Shown in pieces: positions 61,701-64,000 of a stretch of 64,000 nt of DNA (position 1 is the stretch's first letter; the number at the start of each line of letters is the position of its first letter). Source of the DNA: Marsupella aquatica (Eukaryota > Plantae > Marchantiophyta); contig OZ316896.1 of assembly GCA_973895155.1 (NCBI GenBank), positions 4,469,925-4,533,924 on the forward strand, in the 5' to 3' direction. The notes below the pieces were generated by a model. The model did no database searches, was not told the origin of the DNA, and saw only the letters and a list, made by a program, of their open reading frames with translations. The translations under genes and the position numbers were made by a program.

Positions 61701-64000
61701 TTTGTATTCTCTTAATAACAGATTTGACAATGCCATTTTGGAAATGGACGTGAGGTACAGGGTATTGAGTGTCTATCCCTGTAGCCATGCAATTTTTTTG
61801 AATGTTTTTGAACTTGTGAAATCTCATGCGTTATCAACCCTAATTGTCTTGATAGGGTTTTCAGGGAATTGGGCTTTTACCTTGAGGATGTGTGCTAAAA
61901 GTCTTGGAAAAACCATGTTTCGTGTGGAAAGCAATGAAACTTGCGACCATTTTGAGGATGCGTCAATAATGACTAAGAAAAATCAAAATGGTCTGTTTGA
62001 TGGTTCAATAGGATCGCATACGTCTGCCAGCACTCGTTCCAAGAATCTAGGCATTTCATGGATGGTCTTAGAAACAAAAGGTCTAAGTATTAACTTTCCT
62101 TGAGAACATGCCATGCATGAATGATTTTGATTCTTTGGACGTGCATTTTGTGGTATTCCGTGGGGTACTCTCTTCATCTTTTGAAACATATTCATGCCAG
62201 GGTGTCCAAGCCTAGTATGCCAAAGGTCATATAGATACATTTCATATGTAGTGGAATGAAAAGCATTCAATTGTGTGACATAGAAACCCAATGGATACGC
62301 GAAAAGTATTTCTTTTATTTGCATTCCATCGAAAGCATTCTGTAAAATATGAATTACCTCCTGGTTCTTTTTTGTACTGGTGTGAATATGGTATCCGTTA
62401 TCTCTAATGTCCTTGAAGCTAATTAAGTTTCTCGTGGCATTAGGTGCATAGATGACGAATTTAATGTGAATAGTGGTGCCCTGAGATAACGTGATGGTAG
62501 CGGGTCCATTACCTTCTTCTATTTGGTTACTCCTCATAATAGTGGTCATATTCCTATGGGAGGGAGTAAACTGCGTGAAATAGTCCCTACATTTTAGTAT
62601 AGTGTGGGACGTGCCGTTATTTACTATACAGGTCCTAATGTCGTCCAAGGGTAAGGATTCCTGTTGTAGTGTAATCATATGTGTCTCAGGGATGGCCTCA
62701 TCATGAGTGTAGTTTTCTAGATATTCATCTTTGAGTTCGTCAGTAGCAACTCTTGATGTCTCTCGGCTAGTAACATGTGAGCTATGAGTTCAGAGTACTT
62801 GGTGAACTTTATGTTTTTGAACTGTGAAGACAATATCATGTTACTCAAGTGAAACGTAGATAGTGTCTTCTCTATCTGCTCTTCGTCATTCATTGGTTGG
62901 CCGCATAGGGCCAACTGTGACGTGATACGGAAGAGTTCACTATTGTAGTTTACTATGGATGTATGGTCCTGGACTCTAAGGTTAACCTAGTCATGGCAGG
63001 CTTTGGGGAGGTGCATGATCTTGGTATGGTTGAATCTATCCTTTAGTTGTTCCCAAAGGTTTTGAGGGTTTTCTTCGTTTAGGTATTGCAGTTTTAGGGG
63101 TTCTACTAAGTGGTGTCTTATGAGCACCAAAGCTCTCGCTTTTTGCTGGGTTGTGGTTCCTTGATCAATAATGATTGTTTTATGGATATCTTTGGCTATG
63201 AGGTCAATAGCTTTTATGTCCAGGGACCAGGATAGGTAATTCTCCCCCTCAATGGTTAAGGGGAGGAAGTTTAATTTTTGTATCGATGCCATAGTTCGTG
63301 TTTTAGGGTTAGGTCTCGGGTTGGGTCTTGTGTTTAGGTTTAGGGCTAGGGTTAGGTTTAATGTTGGTGATAATGTATGCAAGAATTTAAGGTAGTTCTG
63401 TTTAATGCCACTGAAGTGTTGAGTTTTGTGTGTCTCGTTTAGTAATGGTTATAGGTTCTGTGCGCTTTCAGGAAATCAAAGGTATATTTTTGCCTTTTCG
63501 TGTTTGGTTTTAGGGTTCCCTTATTAATATAAGGTTCCTTCATGTGGTTTAAGTTTCTATTTAGGTTTAGTGCCATATACAAGGTAAGTGTAAAGGAGGA
63601 GAAAATGCGCTTAAAAGTTTGCACTTAAGTTTGGTTTTTGTGTTTGCTTTGTGGAAATGTGTTTAGGTTTTATCTCCTTTTGGTTACTCTAACCCTCTTT
63701 GAATGCATGGGTTCCTTTGTAAATGGGATTTCTCTTTGTTTCAGTTTGCGTTTGTGGATGGTTTACGGTTATGTGCGCTTCCTTGGTTAAGTGCACAGAT
63801 TCTTTTGTATGCGGAAATGGCTTTGAATGTGTTTGCGCTTGAGGGGGTTTTTTCTACTTATCGGTTTTCCTTTGTGTTTTGTCGTTGTTTTGGTTCCCTT
63901 TGTTGCCGGGTTGCCGTTCTCTCCTCGGCAGTGCTCCCTTTCGCCTCGAGAGTCACCAACTCAGCACGTTCCTTTGCTCTATTCTTTCTGCTCTCATCAC
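58712..64000 (-). mobile_element. Decayed Ty1/copia retrotransposon (Bianca-like); putative 3' LTR ~58712-58833; 5' end beyond the window
   Basis: gag KLNFLPLTIEGENYLSWSLD; GAG-pre-integrase WHTRLGHPG; integrase YPVPHVHFQNG; RT YVDD; RNase H KGDRIKHIAQKFFFTH; PPT caagggggag then tgttaag; many stops and frameshifts. Confidence 0.92.

Overview
Eukaryotic plant DNA, probably a non-seed plant such as a bryophyte (inferred from the gene and TE types, not proven). Five host-type genes: a Myb/TTF1-DMTF1-like gene with a long basic repeat N-terminus, a plastid SOUL heme-binding gene, a bacterial-type intronless SRPBCC gene, XRCC3 and an intronless NADP-IDH. They are interspersed with transposons. The main feature is a 13.1-kb TIR element (10969-24117; 35-bp TIRs, 4-bp TSD CAAG). 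It encodes a DUF7869/Sola-like DDE transposase, a ParB-like plus beta-class amino-DNA-methyltransferase gene, a Ulp1/C48 protease and an F-box-like protein. It also carries about 25 copies of a ~40-bp palindrome (GAATxCxAxxTGGGATAC-NNN-GTATCCCAxxTxGxATTC) in regularly spaced arrays, which suggests a self-marking or anti-silencing system. An internally deleted, inverted relative lies at ~33150-35150. A second cargo element, an 11.5-kb hAT (35254-46767; 8-bp TSD CCATACTC), carries intact kinase and RING-H2 ORFs and a miRNA-like hairpin. A gypsy-like LTR relic, a solo LTR and a decayed Copia (Bianca-like) element complete the window.
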